Assembly: GCA_951406725.2 (NCBI GenBank)
Contig: OX597814.1
Coordinates: 94,178,001 to 94,242,000 of the forward strand
Length of the DNA stretch: 64,000 nt
DNA from: Octopus vulgaris
Taxonomy: Eukaryota
Direction of reading: 5' to 3'
This document shows, in pieces, positions 1-12,870 of this stretch (positions are counted from its first letter, which is position 1; the number at the start of each line of letters is the position of its first letter). Position numbers and translations under genes: made by a program. The notes under the pieces are model-generated. The model did not search any database. It saw nothing but the letters and a program-made list of their open reading frames with translations, and was not told where the DNA came from.

Positions 1-15
1 AGTTCTAATATATAT

Positions 16-97
<82 letters not shown>

Positions 98-217
98 CTA
101 TACTGTTGAGTCTGGGGAGAGTCATTCCCTTTTAGTGCCATATAATTTAACACACTTACCGGTAAAATTTCCACTTATTTCTTTTTTATTTTTCTAAAAT
201 GTTCGTTACGTCTTATG

Positions 218-265
<48 letters not shown>

Positions 266-349
266 AGGGGGTAATATATATAATCCGTTCGTCTGTCCTT
301 GTTTGTCCCCTCTGTGTTTAGCCCCTTGTGGGTAGAAAAGAAATAGATA

Positions 350-1100
350 ATAAAACTGCTGAAAATTTCAGCCGCTAAGGCGTACGGAAAAGCTCTCAGA
401 CCTAAAGTCTGCAATGTTTATAGAGATTTTACTTCTACATCTACTGGTAAAAGGATTGGAATAATTCATAGTCGTTAACTATCTTCATATCAGAAAAATA
501 ATGAAGACAAATATATAACGAATGCATATGCCATAACAACTTATACTAAAGGAAACAAAAAGATGACCGGCTTTACGATGTCTCCGTGAACGTTTGTGAT
601 AGAGCTGAGAAACTCCGTCGTATATGACTATCAGTCATGCAGTGTATATGTACAGAGATGATGGATTAACAGTGTCATAAAGCATAAATAAAGACTTATT
701 TTGAATGCGCTTGATAAGAAAATTCAATGATTTCATTAGCACCATCCTAAAGATATTAAAATTCTTAGATATATCCCCAGATTTAAACAAGAGAGATTAT
801 TATTACTATGACAAATTAGAGAAGCATATACATACAGAAGAATGCAAACAGCAATTCAGACATGTCTAGAAATAATGCAGCCAGTAAAATTATGAATGTT
901 TCGAACCAATCATCAAACAGAAAAAAATTAGCAACGTTGTTCCAGACGCTTGGAGATACTCACTTCAGTACAAAATTAGCGCTATCCAACATTCCTCACA
1001 AATTTAAATATCAAGAAGAGTATAATATGATCTAATCTACCAGAAAACATTAATATAATCACCAAAATTGACATACTTTTTAACCCTCTCAATAATACCC
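350..1100 (+). mobile_element. Decayed Penelope-like element, RT fragment
   Basis: Fragments YDVSVNVCDRAE (cf. FDVTMGSYDGAE), MYRDDGL at 648-668 and LKFLDI occur in the same order as in the intact PLE ORF at 23280; many stops and frameshifts. Confidence 0.65.
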
Positions 1101-2122
1101 CAGCTATTTACTAAGCCTCTCAACACTAATTAATTTAAGGCCAGTTATTTTGGCCTGTGTGTTATTACTGCTCTAATTTTAAACTACAACATAAATTATG
1201 TACCTAGACAGTATCCGTCTTAACAACCGAATGTTGACTTCAGAAATCCTCAATCAGTCTGGTAAGATAATAGCTATTTTCTAGAGCAGTGGTATATCGT
1301 GCGACAACTTTGAGAGAAATTATACGACAATCCCGAAATCAGTAGACTTGCAAATCATCCTTCGTGTGTACCAACACTTTAGCCATACTGTTTCAGTGAA
1401 CTAAAGTGGAATGGGTCCATATCCTATATAGATTTCTTTTTTAGTAGCCTACTCTTCTTCTTAAAGTCATCAGTTCCTTCTTACATGTACGGGCCTAACA
1501 ATACAACCACATTATCTGCATCTACCACTTCAAACAATGTAATTTGACAGTACTACATCTTGGTGAACTACTGTTTTCCTAGCACCTCTTTCTTTGCCGA
1601 TGTATGTTTATCCTCCCCATATAATTGTTTCAAAGTTAGAAATTAAGATATCACACCTTAGTCACCTGACTGGAGCAAAGTTGAGCTGTTATCTACAAAT
1701 ATCAGGTTAAGTTCATAACGGTACTCCGCCCATGCAGATGAACCTTTACTATTGCTGTGAACACAGTGATTCTAGGGTAAAAATCCCACTTTCACATTAC
1801 CAAAAACTTGATTTAAGTTCAATATATCGCTTTGTTCATTGTCTAAGACAACAATGCCTAAAAAAACCCAAGAGTTCTCAGTTGATCGTCAAATCACAAG
1901 CAAATTAACGGAGTATAGCCCGTCAAAAGACATGGATTTCAGGACATAAGTAGTTGCTTTAATTTCATATAATCTATATTTCCTCCTACATGGAGTATAA
2001 GGCGATTTTCCGAAGCTTTATATTATGATGCTGATTTTTCTTCACAAGATATAAAAGTATGCATGGATTTACATTTTTTACATTATTTACATTGGATATT
2101 TGTCCTCATCTTCTTTGCTGTC

Positions 2123-2168
2123 AACACAACGTTTCGGCTGATGTACCCTCCAGCCTTCATCAGGTGTC
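2123..2168 (-). ncRNA. Minimal type I hammerhead ribozyme motif
   Basis: Minus strand reads GACAC-CUGAUGA-A-GGCUG..CAGCC-GAA-ACGU-U-GUGUU: stem I GACAC/GUGUU, stem II GGCUG/CAGCC, palindromic ACGU in place of helix III. A damaged plus-strand copy is at 2748-2784. Confidence 0.65.
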
Positions 2169-2230
2169 TTGGAGGAAATTTCGAACCTGGGTTCTCATTC
2201 CTAAGGTAGTTTTCGATGTTGTTGTTGTTG

Positions 2231-2266
<36 letters not shown>

Positions 2267-2349
2267 TTACTGCCTGGAATCGAACTCGGGATCTTGGGGT
2301 TAGAAGCCCGCGCTCTTAACAACTACGCCATATTCCCACGGGTATATGG

Positions 2350-2570
2350 CGAAGTATTATTAAATATATACATGTAAACGAATACACTAACAAAATCATT
2401 CCTATCTCACACACACAGACACATGCATACAGATACACACAGACATACACTGACATTTGCAGACACAGATACACACACAGATATACATATAGACACATAC
2501 ACGCGCACACTCACACAAAGGCACACACATTTATGCAACATTTTCGCGGCGTCATAGTAAATATTCAGCG
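2350..2570 (-). repeat. Inverted copy of 3127-3382 (CA/TG-rich segment)
   Basis: The unique flanks GAAGTATTATTAAA..TAAACGAATACACTAACA and AAATATTCAGCG are reverse complements of the sequence at ~3127-3382. Confidence 0.7.
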
Positions 2571-2627
2571 CTCTTAACCACTACTAGACCCAAGATTCCG
2601 AGTTCGATTCGAGGCAGTGACCTGAAA

Positions 2628-2700
<73 letters not shown>

Positions 2701-2917
2701 TCGAAAAATACCTTAATAATGAGAACCCAGGTTCGAAATTTGCCCAAGACACCTGATGAAGGCTGGAGGGTATATCAGACGAAATATCCGACAAATGTAA
2801 ATAATGTACATAATTCCTCATCTCTTAAATATAAAACTGTATGCATGGATTTATAACTGTGCAAATTAAGTTGTTTCAAACCAGACCTTACGAGCAATAT
2901 AACGTCTATATATATAT

Positions 2918-2979
<62 letters not shown>

Positions 2980-2986
2980 GTATAAA

Positions 2987-3022
<36 letters not shown>

Positions 3023-3987
3023 TATACATATATATGTATGTGTATATATATATATATATGTGTGTATCTGTGAATATATATATATATTACAAAATATAAA
3101 TGCATATTTGAAAAATAGCTAATATTCGCTGAATATTTAATATGATGCCGCAAAAATTTTGCATGAATATGTGTGTGCGTGTGTTTGTGTGTGCGTGTGT
3201 TTGTGTGTGCGTGTGTTTGTGTGTGCGATGAGTGTGTGCGTGTTTGTGTGTATATGTGTATCTGTGTGTGTATCTGTGTCTGCGCATGTCAGTGTGTGTC
3301 CGTGTGTGTCTGTTTGTATGAGTGAGATAGGAATGATTATGTTAGTGTATTCGTTTACATGCATATGTTTAATAATACTTCAGCAGTTGTTGCATAGGCA
3401 TCTAAATCTTTGTCTACAATTTAGAATCTGGCGAACTTCATATCTTCCTTGTATATTGATATCGTCTGGCAATTATATTAATATCGAATTTCTATTTATG
3501 TAGCATGTGAGCGAGCGTATTTGTGGAATGATTTTTTTTTTTGTAACAATCACTACTTTTGTCACTTCTCTTCATACCAGCAAAGTAACACGCGATAATT
3601 TAGTTAATCTTACACCACTATCTATAAAAGACTATAGAAATGTTTGGGATAAAGGAAGCTAGAATTGTAAGAAAGAAATGGGGACTGAGATAGACAAAGA
3701 AATATTTAATAAGAGCAATAATGAGTTCCGTGTTGCATTGGCTGTAAGGAAGAGGACAATGACTTAATGATATACTAAATATATTCAAAGGAACGTGTAA
3801 GTGTTTTAAATAATTAAAGACAGTATAAGAAAGCCCATAAATGGGGAAAAGAATGAAAAGAATCAGTGCGAGATTTGGTGCAAATATGAGAGAGGCACAC
3901 AGAGAGAAAGACAGACAGACAGACAGACAGACAGAGTGGCAGAGGAAGAGAGTGAGACAGAGTGTGAGACTGACAGCAAGAATGAGA

Positions 3988-4038
<51 letters not shown>

Positions 4039-4436
4039 AGTGTATATAGATATAGATCAATAATTTTCTATGTATGTTAGAAAGCAATACTCATGCTCAT
4101 TCACAGGCTCCCCGTAATGCTATACGAAGTTATGCCTAATCTTGTGACCTTGACTGAAAGCTTCAGAGGAGATTTAATCTAAAGATACTCGAGGTGCAAG
4201 TTGATTTTCTCAAACCAGTTGACTAAGTCCGCGTCACATGAGCTTATGAGCAATACAAAGATTCGATCACTATAAAGAAAATATTTGAGTGGCTATGATG
4301 TTCCGCAAGAAATTGCAGAGGTCTCATATGTCGTCTAACGACGAGTAAGTCTATAGTATTTGTGTATACAGATATACATATATATCTATATCTATATCTA
4401 TCTATCTATCTATATATATATATATATATATATATA

Positions 4437-4708
4437 ATTAGAAAAAAACCCCACCTTTTATCAATTCAAAATGAACAATTAAATTACATATAATAGAAAT
4501 ATTAAAATTAAAATTACCGTAAATATTTTAATATTTCTATTATATGTAATTTTCTAGATGGTGTAATTTAATTGTTCATTTTGAATTGATAAAAGGTGAC
4601 TTTTTTCTAATTTTTTATATATATATATATTATATTGTGTGAAATTTGATTTAGTATTTCTAAATTGAATCTTTTTCCCTGTAAATTTGGATTTATATTC
4701 CCTCAAAT
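4437..4708 (+). repeat. Short hairpin-forming insert in (TA)n, PLE-like 3' end with inverted arm
   Basis: 4437-4490 is the reverse complement of ~4562-4610; there is an inner inverted repeat and (TA)n on both sides. Confidence 0.5.
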
Positions 4709-4714
4709 AATAAT

Positions 4715-4750
<36 letters not shown>

Positions 4751-4899
4751 TTTACGGAGATGTACTCGCATAGCAAGTGATTTGATCTGAGATCGTGTGC
4801 TGGAACGAAAACAATTTTAGCGTAGAAGGTGTTTGTAAGCCATTTAAGAAACACACAAAAGCCGTTCGATTCACTTCAACATTTAAGTTTAATTTGTCA

Positions 4900-5092
4900 A
4901 ATTACCAACATTCTGTAGACTGCCACATGGGATCCTTAGGGAAACTTGAGTTGAACATCCCATTGACACATCCCACCGATGCAATGTTGAGACAGGTCAC
5001 AGAAGCTGTTTGTATACAAGAATACAAACCTACTCTCAACCGAAAATCCGAATGGAGTAACATCCAGATCCCATTCAGGAGGACTATTCTAT
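4900..5092 (+). mobile_element. Probable C-terminal GIY-YIG fragment of a PLE
   Basis: H..DCH...RQVTEAVCIQEYKPTLNRKSEW resembles the E...LN end of PLE endonuclease domains. The upstream ~4820-4900 recurs inverted at ~6475-6555. Confidence 0.45.
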
Positions 5093-5973
5093 AACCACCC
5101 CTCTCTCTCTCGTTTACTTGTAATCCTTACATACATGTTGCAATGCGTATGTGCAGTTATATATAACCGTATGAGCGTACGTTGTTTGATACGTATGTGC
5201 GTGTGTGGTACTATAAAAAAATGCACATGCATATACATATGCGCATAAATGGATGTATGTATGTATTGTATATGTATGCGTTTATGCATATATAAATATA
5301 AAATACTGTGTCGTATTTTGTATGCATGTGTGTGTGGATGTGCGTATGTATGTTTATGCGTGTGTGTGCGTGTGTGTATGCGTGTGTGTGTGTGTGTAAT
5401 AGGACATATGTATGTAGAAGTGGATTAGAATATACCAGTATTTTAAGATTATATGTATATTTATGAGTGTGTCTATATGATTATGTGTACTTGCGTATAT
5501 GGATATGGTTATATGTGCACAGTTGCACCTAAACGTTGTATCCATTCACAGTTAGACGGTGATGAGAGAAACAAACACACACCCACACATATATATATAT
5601 ATGTGTGCGTCTATACAAACATATATGTGTGTATGTATACAACCTTCAACAAAGTAACAGTCATGTGCACAACTTGGACGAACACATACCAGTACACGGA
5701 CATACGTTCACATACACATACACATGTACACACTCTAACAGACGCGTCTGTCCATTCTCCTAGACACTCACATACATACGTAGCACATGAGTACAAACAT
5801 ACATACATACCTACGTATGGGCATACACACGTACATACGCACGTACATGTACGCACACACATACATAGGCACATGCATACGTGCGCATATACATACATAC
5901 GCACATGCGTACGTATGTGCATACACACATACATACATACATACATACATACGTACGTACGTACATACATACA

Positions 5974-6009
<36 letters not shown>

Positions 6010-6570
6010 TTTAACCTGAACTAACTAGATGTAGGGAAAGAAAAAAAACAAGTAATAGTAAAACAAAAGTTCTGTGATATAGAGATAAATGTCTGATAAT
6101 AGGTTTGGGGTTTTTTTTGGGGGGGGTGAGGGTCGTAAATCACTTCCTAGTTTCGGCGGGGGAGGATGAATTTTGATATTATTGCGATGAGTGGTCAGTC
6201 TACATCTGTCCATCACTACAGGTTTATAGCTTTAATTTTATAGTGTGTATGTGCGTGCATATACACTCACATACATACATACATATATACATACATACAT
6301 ACATACATACACAGGCGTATGTACGTACATACATACATACATGCATACATGCGTGTATACATACATACACACATACATACGTACATATATATGACGAACT
6401 AACTGTTACTTTCTCAGATGCAGCACGGATTTTTGTCAGTGAACTGGTCGCGGATTTTAGCGACGAAAATATATTGACAAATTAAACTTAAATGTTGAAG
6501 TGAATCGAACGGCAGTTGTGTGTTTCTTAAATGTCTTACAAACACCTTCCACGCTGCAATTGTATATATA

Positions 6571-6641
<71 letters not shown>

Positions 6642-7618
6642 TTATATATACGTGTATATATATGTATGTATATATATATACATACATGCTTGCATACATA
6701 CATACATACATACATACATGCTTGCATACATACATACATACATACATACATACATACATACTTGTATATATGTATGTATATGTATTTTACTCTTTTATTA
6801 ATGTAGGATGAACAAAATGTACTCCATCCTGTGAGAGACGAATATAATTGAATATACAGTGTATTAATGTTAGAGCTATTAATAGTTTCTTGCTATTGAA
6901 ACACGTTGTTGAATAGATTTTTATAACGTATCTTGTGTCCCCAACTACGTATCTGAACAACAAGAAAATATTAGAGTTCTTGAAAGGTAGTTGCATATAT
7001 ATGCGTGTATGAGTACGTATGTATGTATGTATGCATACACAATCATTTTAATTTATCATGTGTACACTAAATGGTATATGCATATACAGTATATGTATGA
7101 GTATTTACGTATGTATATATTCACATTACTTTTTATTTATTGGTGCTAGGAAAATAGAGAGAGACTCAAAACATTGAAATACGTATTTATTTTTTATACG
7201 TTCCGTTAGATTTTAACGTGAATATGATAATCATTGTTATATTTCGTCCTGGGATGACACTGTCTCATTTCAGACGCTGTGTGTTCATGGCACTCACTTT
7301 TCATTGAAGGCTTTGAATCACCATTATAACGAACTGGAAAAAATATATATCTAAATAAGAGTGACGGTTATTGTGTATGAAATGTAGCAAAGATGTTCTA
7401 GCTTTCTCACGTCTAAATCTGCCGGACCATATTCAATGTGAATATGGATATTATAATATATATACGTTTGAGTGTGTGATTGTGAGAGAGAGAGAGAGGG
7501 TGCGCGCGCACATGTACACGCATACACAAATGTACATGTACACGCGCATACATACACACACACGCACGCACTCACAGATATACACAAAGACATACAAATA
7601 CATATATACTTATGTATA

Positions 7619-7661
<43 letters not shown>

Positions 7662-7918
7662 TCATATATATATATTTATGTGTTTACATATGTACATGTA
7701 TATACATACATATATATAAATCCTGGATAACTTTTCTTATAGTGTCTGTGAAATGTCAACTGAAATGTCAGTGCTTCTCTTTCGTGTCGCATTTTTTCAA
7801 TTAGCTAGTATTGATGCTATTGTCATTTATTCTCATTTTGCTTGTAATTTCAATTTATTGAAAATTTATCTCGTATTAACCGCATCAAGTATGATAGACT
7901 ACACTGAATTAACTACAA

Positions 7919-8054
<136 letters not shown>

Positions 8055-8224
8055 ATGTATACATATATTTAGTTGTGTGTTTGTATATATATATATATAT
8101 ATATAGACGTGTATGTATGTAAGTAATAGTGAAGAGACTGTGAGAGAATATGTGTATATGTTAGAATGATGGAACGAAGACGACATATAAGCGTTCGGCC
8201 TTTGCCCAACGACTTCCACAAATA

Positions 8225-8436
8225 TATGTGTATTGTACGTTAGCTCACATTAGCTCACTTCCTCCATCAAATGACGTTGTCTGAACAGGTGTGTCGTGTG
8301 CCACGCGTCAGGTATCAAAGGTATCGGAGAGCAGCGTGAGATGAAGTGTTTTGCTCATGAACACAACGCACCACCCGGTGTAGGAATTGAATCCATGATC
8401 TTGAGATCTTACCTGCAACACCCTAACCACTAGACC
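8225..8436 (-). mobile_element. tRNA-derived SINE (CORE-like)
   Basis: Minus strand has A-box TGGTCTAGTGG and B-box-like GATTCAATTCC, followed by TGTGTTCATGAGCAAAACACTTCATCTCAC. Confidence 0.65.
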
Positions 8437-8449
8437 ATCCTTAGTATCC

Positions 8450-8980
<531 letters not shown>

Positions 8981-9112
8981 GATGACCGGTAGACTCCACC
9001 GCGGTAAATTAAACCAAGGAAAATTTCACCAGGTAAATTTCACCATAGGTAAATTCCACCGTGGTATATTCTCCCATGGTAAAGTTCACCTTATGTAAAA
9101 TTATTATCATTA

Positions 9113-11708
9113 TTCAGTAGTATATTTTTTATATCGTACTTTCACTTCACTACCGAGCGCAGCTCTGTGTGCCTTGGGTATGTGCTATGATTTGTTGTGA
9201 TGCTCTGGTGGTTATTGTATGGAAAGTGTTCTGCGTAGGATGTGTGCAGTGCCTAGTAGTGCAATTTTCTGTATGTTATATCTGTTTGTTAGTCCTGGTG
9301 TTTTTGTTATGTATTTGTCTGAATATTTTTTATCATGCCTAATGCACCTACCATGATAGGAATTGTTTCTGTTTTTAGATTCCACATTCTGGTTACCTCT
9401 ATTTCCAGGTCTTTGTATTTTGAAAGTTTCTCCATTTCTTTTAGAGACACGTTGTCATCTGCTGGTATTGATACATCAATTAGCAAGCATTTTTTTTTCT
9501 TCGTGATCTCTGACAACTATATCTGGTCTGTTGGCCTTAATTTCTTTATCTGTGTGTATCGGCATATCCCAGAGATGGTTGTTTTCTCGTTTTCTGTCAC
9601 CTTTTCTGGTGTGTGCCTATACCATCGTTTTTCTGTTGTTATTCCATAATGTTGGCATAGCTTCCAGTGTATGTAGGTCCCAACTCTGTCGTGTCTGTGA
9701 ATATATTCCTTGTTAGCCAGGACTGGGCAGCCAAACATAATATGATTTATTGTTTCTTGTCCGTCTTCACATATTCTGCAGTTACTAGTTATATTTCTTT
9801 TCATTATATGTTTTTGGTAATTTCTGGTGGGGAGGCTTTGGTCTTGTGCTGCAATTAAAAATCCCTCTGTCTCTGCTTTGAGTCCTGAGCTTCTCAACCA
9901 TTGCTGGGATTTTTCTTTGTCTATTTCTTTTTGCATTTAGTTTAGTTCAGTATTTGCCATGAAGTGGCTTTTCTTGCCATCGTTTTATCATGGTTCGTTG
10001 CTGTTCTAGTTTTAGTTTCGATTTCATTTGTTTTATAGCTTTTGTTGTTTCTTCATCTTCTTCTTCATATTTGTTAGGTGGTATGATTTCTTGTTTGTAT
10101 TTGTCAGCTTCCTTAAATACTGAGAACAGTTTTTTGTTTTGCTCGTGTTTTGCCGCTATTTGTATCAGTTTTCCTTCCTTCTGAAATAGATATTTTTGCA
10201 GTCCTATGGTGGTTATTTTATAGTAGTTTTCCAGCTGTATAAGGCCTCTACCACCTTCTATACGTTGTATATATAGTATTTGTATGTTAGATTTTGGGTG
10301 ATGCATCCTAGATCATGTCATTAATTTTCTTGTTTTCCTATCTATATTAGTCAGTTCATTTAGTGTCCAGTTAAGGATATTGTAGCTGTAACTCATAACT
10401 GGGACGGCTAAAGTGTTAATGCCTATAATCTTGTTTTTAGCATTGAGCTCTGTTTTAGTATTGATCTAACTCGTCTATAATAATCTTTTTTTATTTTCTC
10501 TTTCATTTGTGTGTGTTGTGTCTTATCTAGTTCATGGATTCCTAAGTATTTGTAAGTTTGGCTTTGGTCTAATTATTTTATTTCATTGGTTTTATCTAGT
10601 GTGATGTTGCTACTCTTAACTAGTTTTCATCTTTTCAGGGTTACTTTGGCGCATTTTTCTAATCCAAATTTCATATCTATTTCTTTGGTAAATCCATGAA
10701 CTGTCTTTAGTAGTGTTTCCAGCTGTTTGTCATTTGCAACGTATAGTTTTAGATCATCCATATATAAAAGGTGGCTGATCGTTTTGCCGTAACATTTATA
10801 TCCGCATCCAGTTCTATTTAGCATATCAGATAGAGGTGACAGTGCCAAGTAGAAAAGGAGTGGAGAGAGCGTGTCTCCCTGGAATATTCATCTTCTAATG
10901 GGGATGTCTTTGGTTTTCATGAGTCCCTCTTTTGTTTGGAGCTGTTGCACTGTTTGCCATTTATTCATAGAGTGTCCTATGAATTTTATAATTGTTGGTG
11001 CTACTTTGTTAATGGCTAGTGTTTCGAGGTTCCATGTGTGGGGGATGCTATCAAACGCCTTTCTGTAGTCGATCCGGGCCATACTGAGGCCTTTCTTCTT
11101 TCTGTGGCTGTCTTCAGTTATGGCTTTATTGATCATTAGTTGATCTTTACAGCCGTATGAGCCTTTGCGGCATCCTTTCTGCTCTTCTGGAAACAGGTTG
11201 TTTTCGTCCAGGTGCTTGTTTAACCTTTGTGATATTACTGCAGTAGATGCTTTGTACATTGTAGGGAGACAGGACAGGTTATAGGTCGGTAGTTTTCTGG
11301 TTTTGCTGTCTCATTGGATTTGGGAATTAAGATGGTTTTCCCCTTCGTGAGCCATTCAGGCATTGTCTCTGGCTCTGCCAGTATGTTGTTAAAGCTTTCA
11401 GCCAGCTTTTTGTGCATTCCAGGTAGATATTTCAACCAGAAGTTGGGGATCTTGTCATGCCCAGGTGCCTTCCAGTTGCTTAGTCTTTGCAGTGCCTGGG
11501 TGACCTCTTCAGTTGTTATGGGAGTCCAAAGTTGCTCAGATGCTATGTTTGTTGTTTTAATACTCCTTTTAGTTTGGTTGTTCATTCGCCGACCATATTC
11601 CTTTCCAGAATTCTTCCACTTCTTCTGCCGTTGGTGCTGCAGTGATGTCTATTTTATTCTTGCCAAGTTCTTGGTAGAACTTTTTGGGGTTGGAGTTGAA
11701 CTGTTTGT

Positions 11709-11710
<2 letters not shown>
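9113..11710 (-). mobile_element. 5'-truncated R4/Dong-like non-LTR retrotransposon (RT + CCHC + RLE), pseudogenised
   Basis: NWKAPGHD, NYRPITC, EEQKG, IDYRKAFDS, YMDDLKLY, CRIC..ETINH..GC, RHD and IDVSIP motifs; 3' UTR ends ACTACTGAATAAT; TTA tracts on both sides. Confidence 0.92.
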
Positions 11711-11712
<2 letters not shown>

Positions 11713-11788
<76 letters not shown>

Positions 11789-11844
11789 GATTATTATTGT
11801 TATTATTATTATTATTATTATTATTGTTTTTATTATTATTATTA

Positions 11845-11893
<49 letters not shown>

Positions 11894-11913
11894 CATCATC
11901 ATCAGCATTATTA
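11713..11913 (+). repeat. (TTA)n microsatellite
   Basis: Direct reading. Confidence 0.95.
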
Positions 11914-11989
11914 TGTGGGTTACAATATTACGGAAATAAAAAAAAGAAAAAGATTAAAAAATAATATCAATAATGTCAATGAATGCAAA

Positions 11990-12520
11990 AAATACGAAGG
12001 AGAAAAATAATTAAGAAACAGTCACACAAAGAAGTATACAGTGAAAACTTTAAATACCTGAATGAGGAAACAGTATCAGAAAGTGACTCATTGAAATTTA
12101 TAAAGCAAAGCAAATGCTCAATGATAGATAAATATATTATACAGTATTCACAAGACAGAAACAACTACTATGGAAGGAAAAAGGCATGCAGATATTGTAA
12201 AAAAAAAAAAAGGAAATGTCAAACATATAATTTTTACAAACCTACTACAGCAATATAACAAATCAAAAAGAAAAAAACAGAAAATCAGAAACGTGCAAAT
12301 AGAAAAGGTAACAAGTGAAAAGGTTAAGATTTTAGTAGATAGCCCAGTAATGACACCAAACCATATAGAAAACAATATACCCGGCATTACAATATTTGAC
12401 CACGAAAGAAAAGAAACAACAAGAGGCAGGCTATTCTTGCAAAAGAGAGAGATTAAATAGCATAGGTATTGACCCATGGTCTAAAGAAACTGATCAGGAT
12501 GATTATTAGCGGAAGCAGCT
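11990..12520 (+). mobile_element. Decayed fragment of a different RLE-type LINE
   Basis: YSQDRN..ACRYC..VKHII and KVKILVDSPVMTPNHIENNIPGITIFDHERKE parallel AQDQS..CRIC..INHII and [28 protein letters not shown]. The 12331-12518 part recurs inverted at 16396-16581. Confidence 0.5.
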
Positions 12521-12606
12521 TATATTGTAAGTCTGTCCATGGGTGGAATTTACTATGATGGAATATACCGTGGTGAAATTTACCGTGGAGGAATTTACCT
12601 AGAACC

Positions 12607-12767
12607 TATACAGTAAATAGTACTACTAGGCAGCGCACACATCCTACGTAAAACACTTTCAATACAGCGAAAATATGAGAATCACAACGAACCACTGCAT
12701 ATATCCAAAGCACACAGAGCTGCGCTCGATAGTGCAGTGAAAGCACGTGATATCAATAAGACTACTG
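12607..12767 (+). mobile_element. Old R4/Dong-like LINE, 3' end (continuation of 8600-8980)
   Basis: LLGSAHILRKTLSIQ plus a diverged 3' UTR ending ACTACTGAAT. Confidence 0.8.
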
Positions 12768-12780
12768 AATAATAATAATG

Positions 12781-12824
<44 letters not shown>

Positions 12825-12825
12825 T

Positions 12826-12869
<44 letters not shown>

Positions 12870-12870
<1 letters not shown>

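Larger units (their letters stand above)
2072..2838. mobile_element. Inverted pair of a short tRNA-head/(AAT)n/hammerhead-motif element (minus copy ~2072-2345, plus copy ~2581-2838)
   Basis: The two copies are reverse complements. A-box-like TGGCGTAGTTG and B-box-like GAGTTCGATTCC are present. A 15-bp direct repeat GTATGCATGGATTTA lies at 2057-2071 and 2839-2853. Confidence 0.75.
8981..12606. mobile_element. Insertion with inverted arrays of ~15-bp subterminal repeats (foldback-like non-autonomous DNA element)
   Basis: GGTAAATT(C/T)CACC units at 8988-9090 and their reverse complement GGTG(G/A)AATTTACC at 12542-12599; it interrupts the old Dong copy at a colinear point. Confidence 0.65.

Noticed and set aside
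2262-2340. tRNA gene (also considered at 56755-56828)
   Set aside because: A and B boxes are present, but there is no good acceptor stem or terminator and the head is fused to a repeat body, so it is a SINE head.
8988-9090. CRISPR-like array of short repeats
   Set aside because: Units are ~15 bp, nearly adjacent, without unique spacers; eukaryotic context and no cas genes. Better explained as transposon subterminal repeats.
12747-12869. Poly-Asn N-terminus on an RT ORF
   Set aside because: It is the (AAT)n target tract read in frame with a 5'-truncated LINE.
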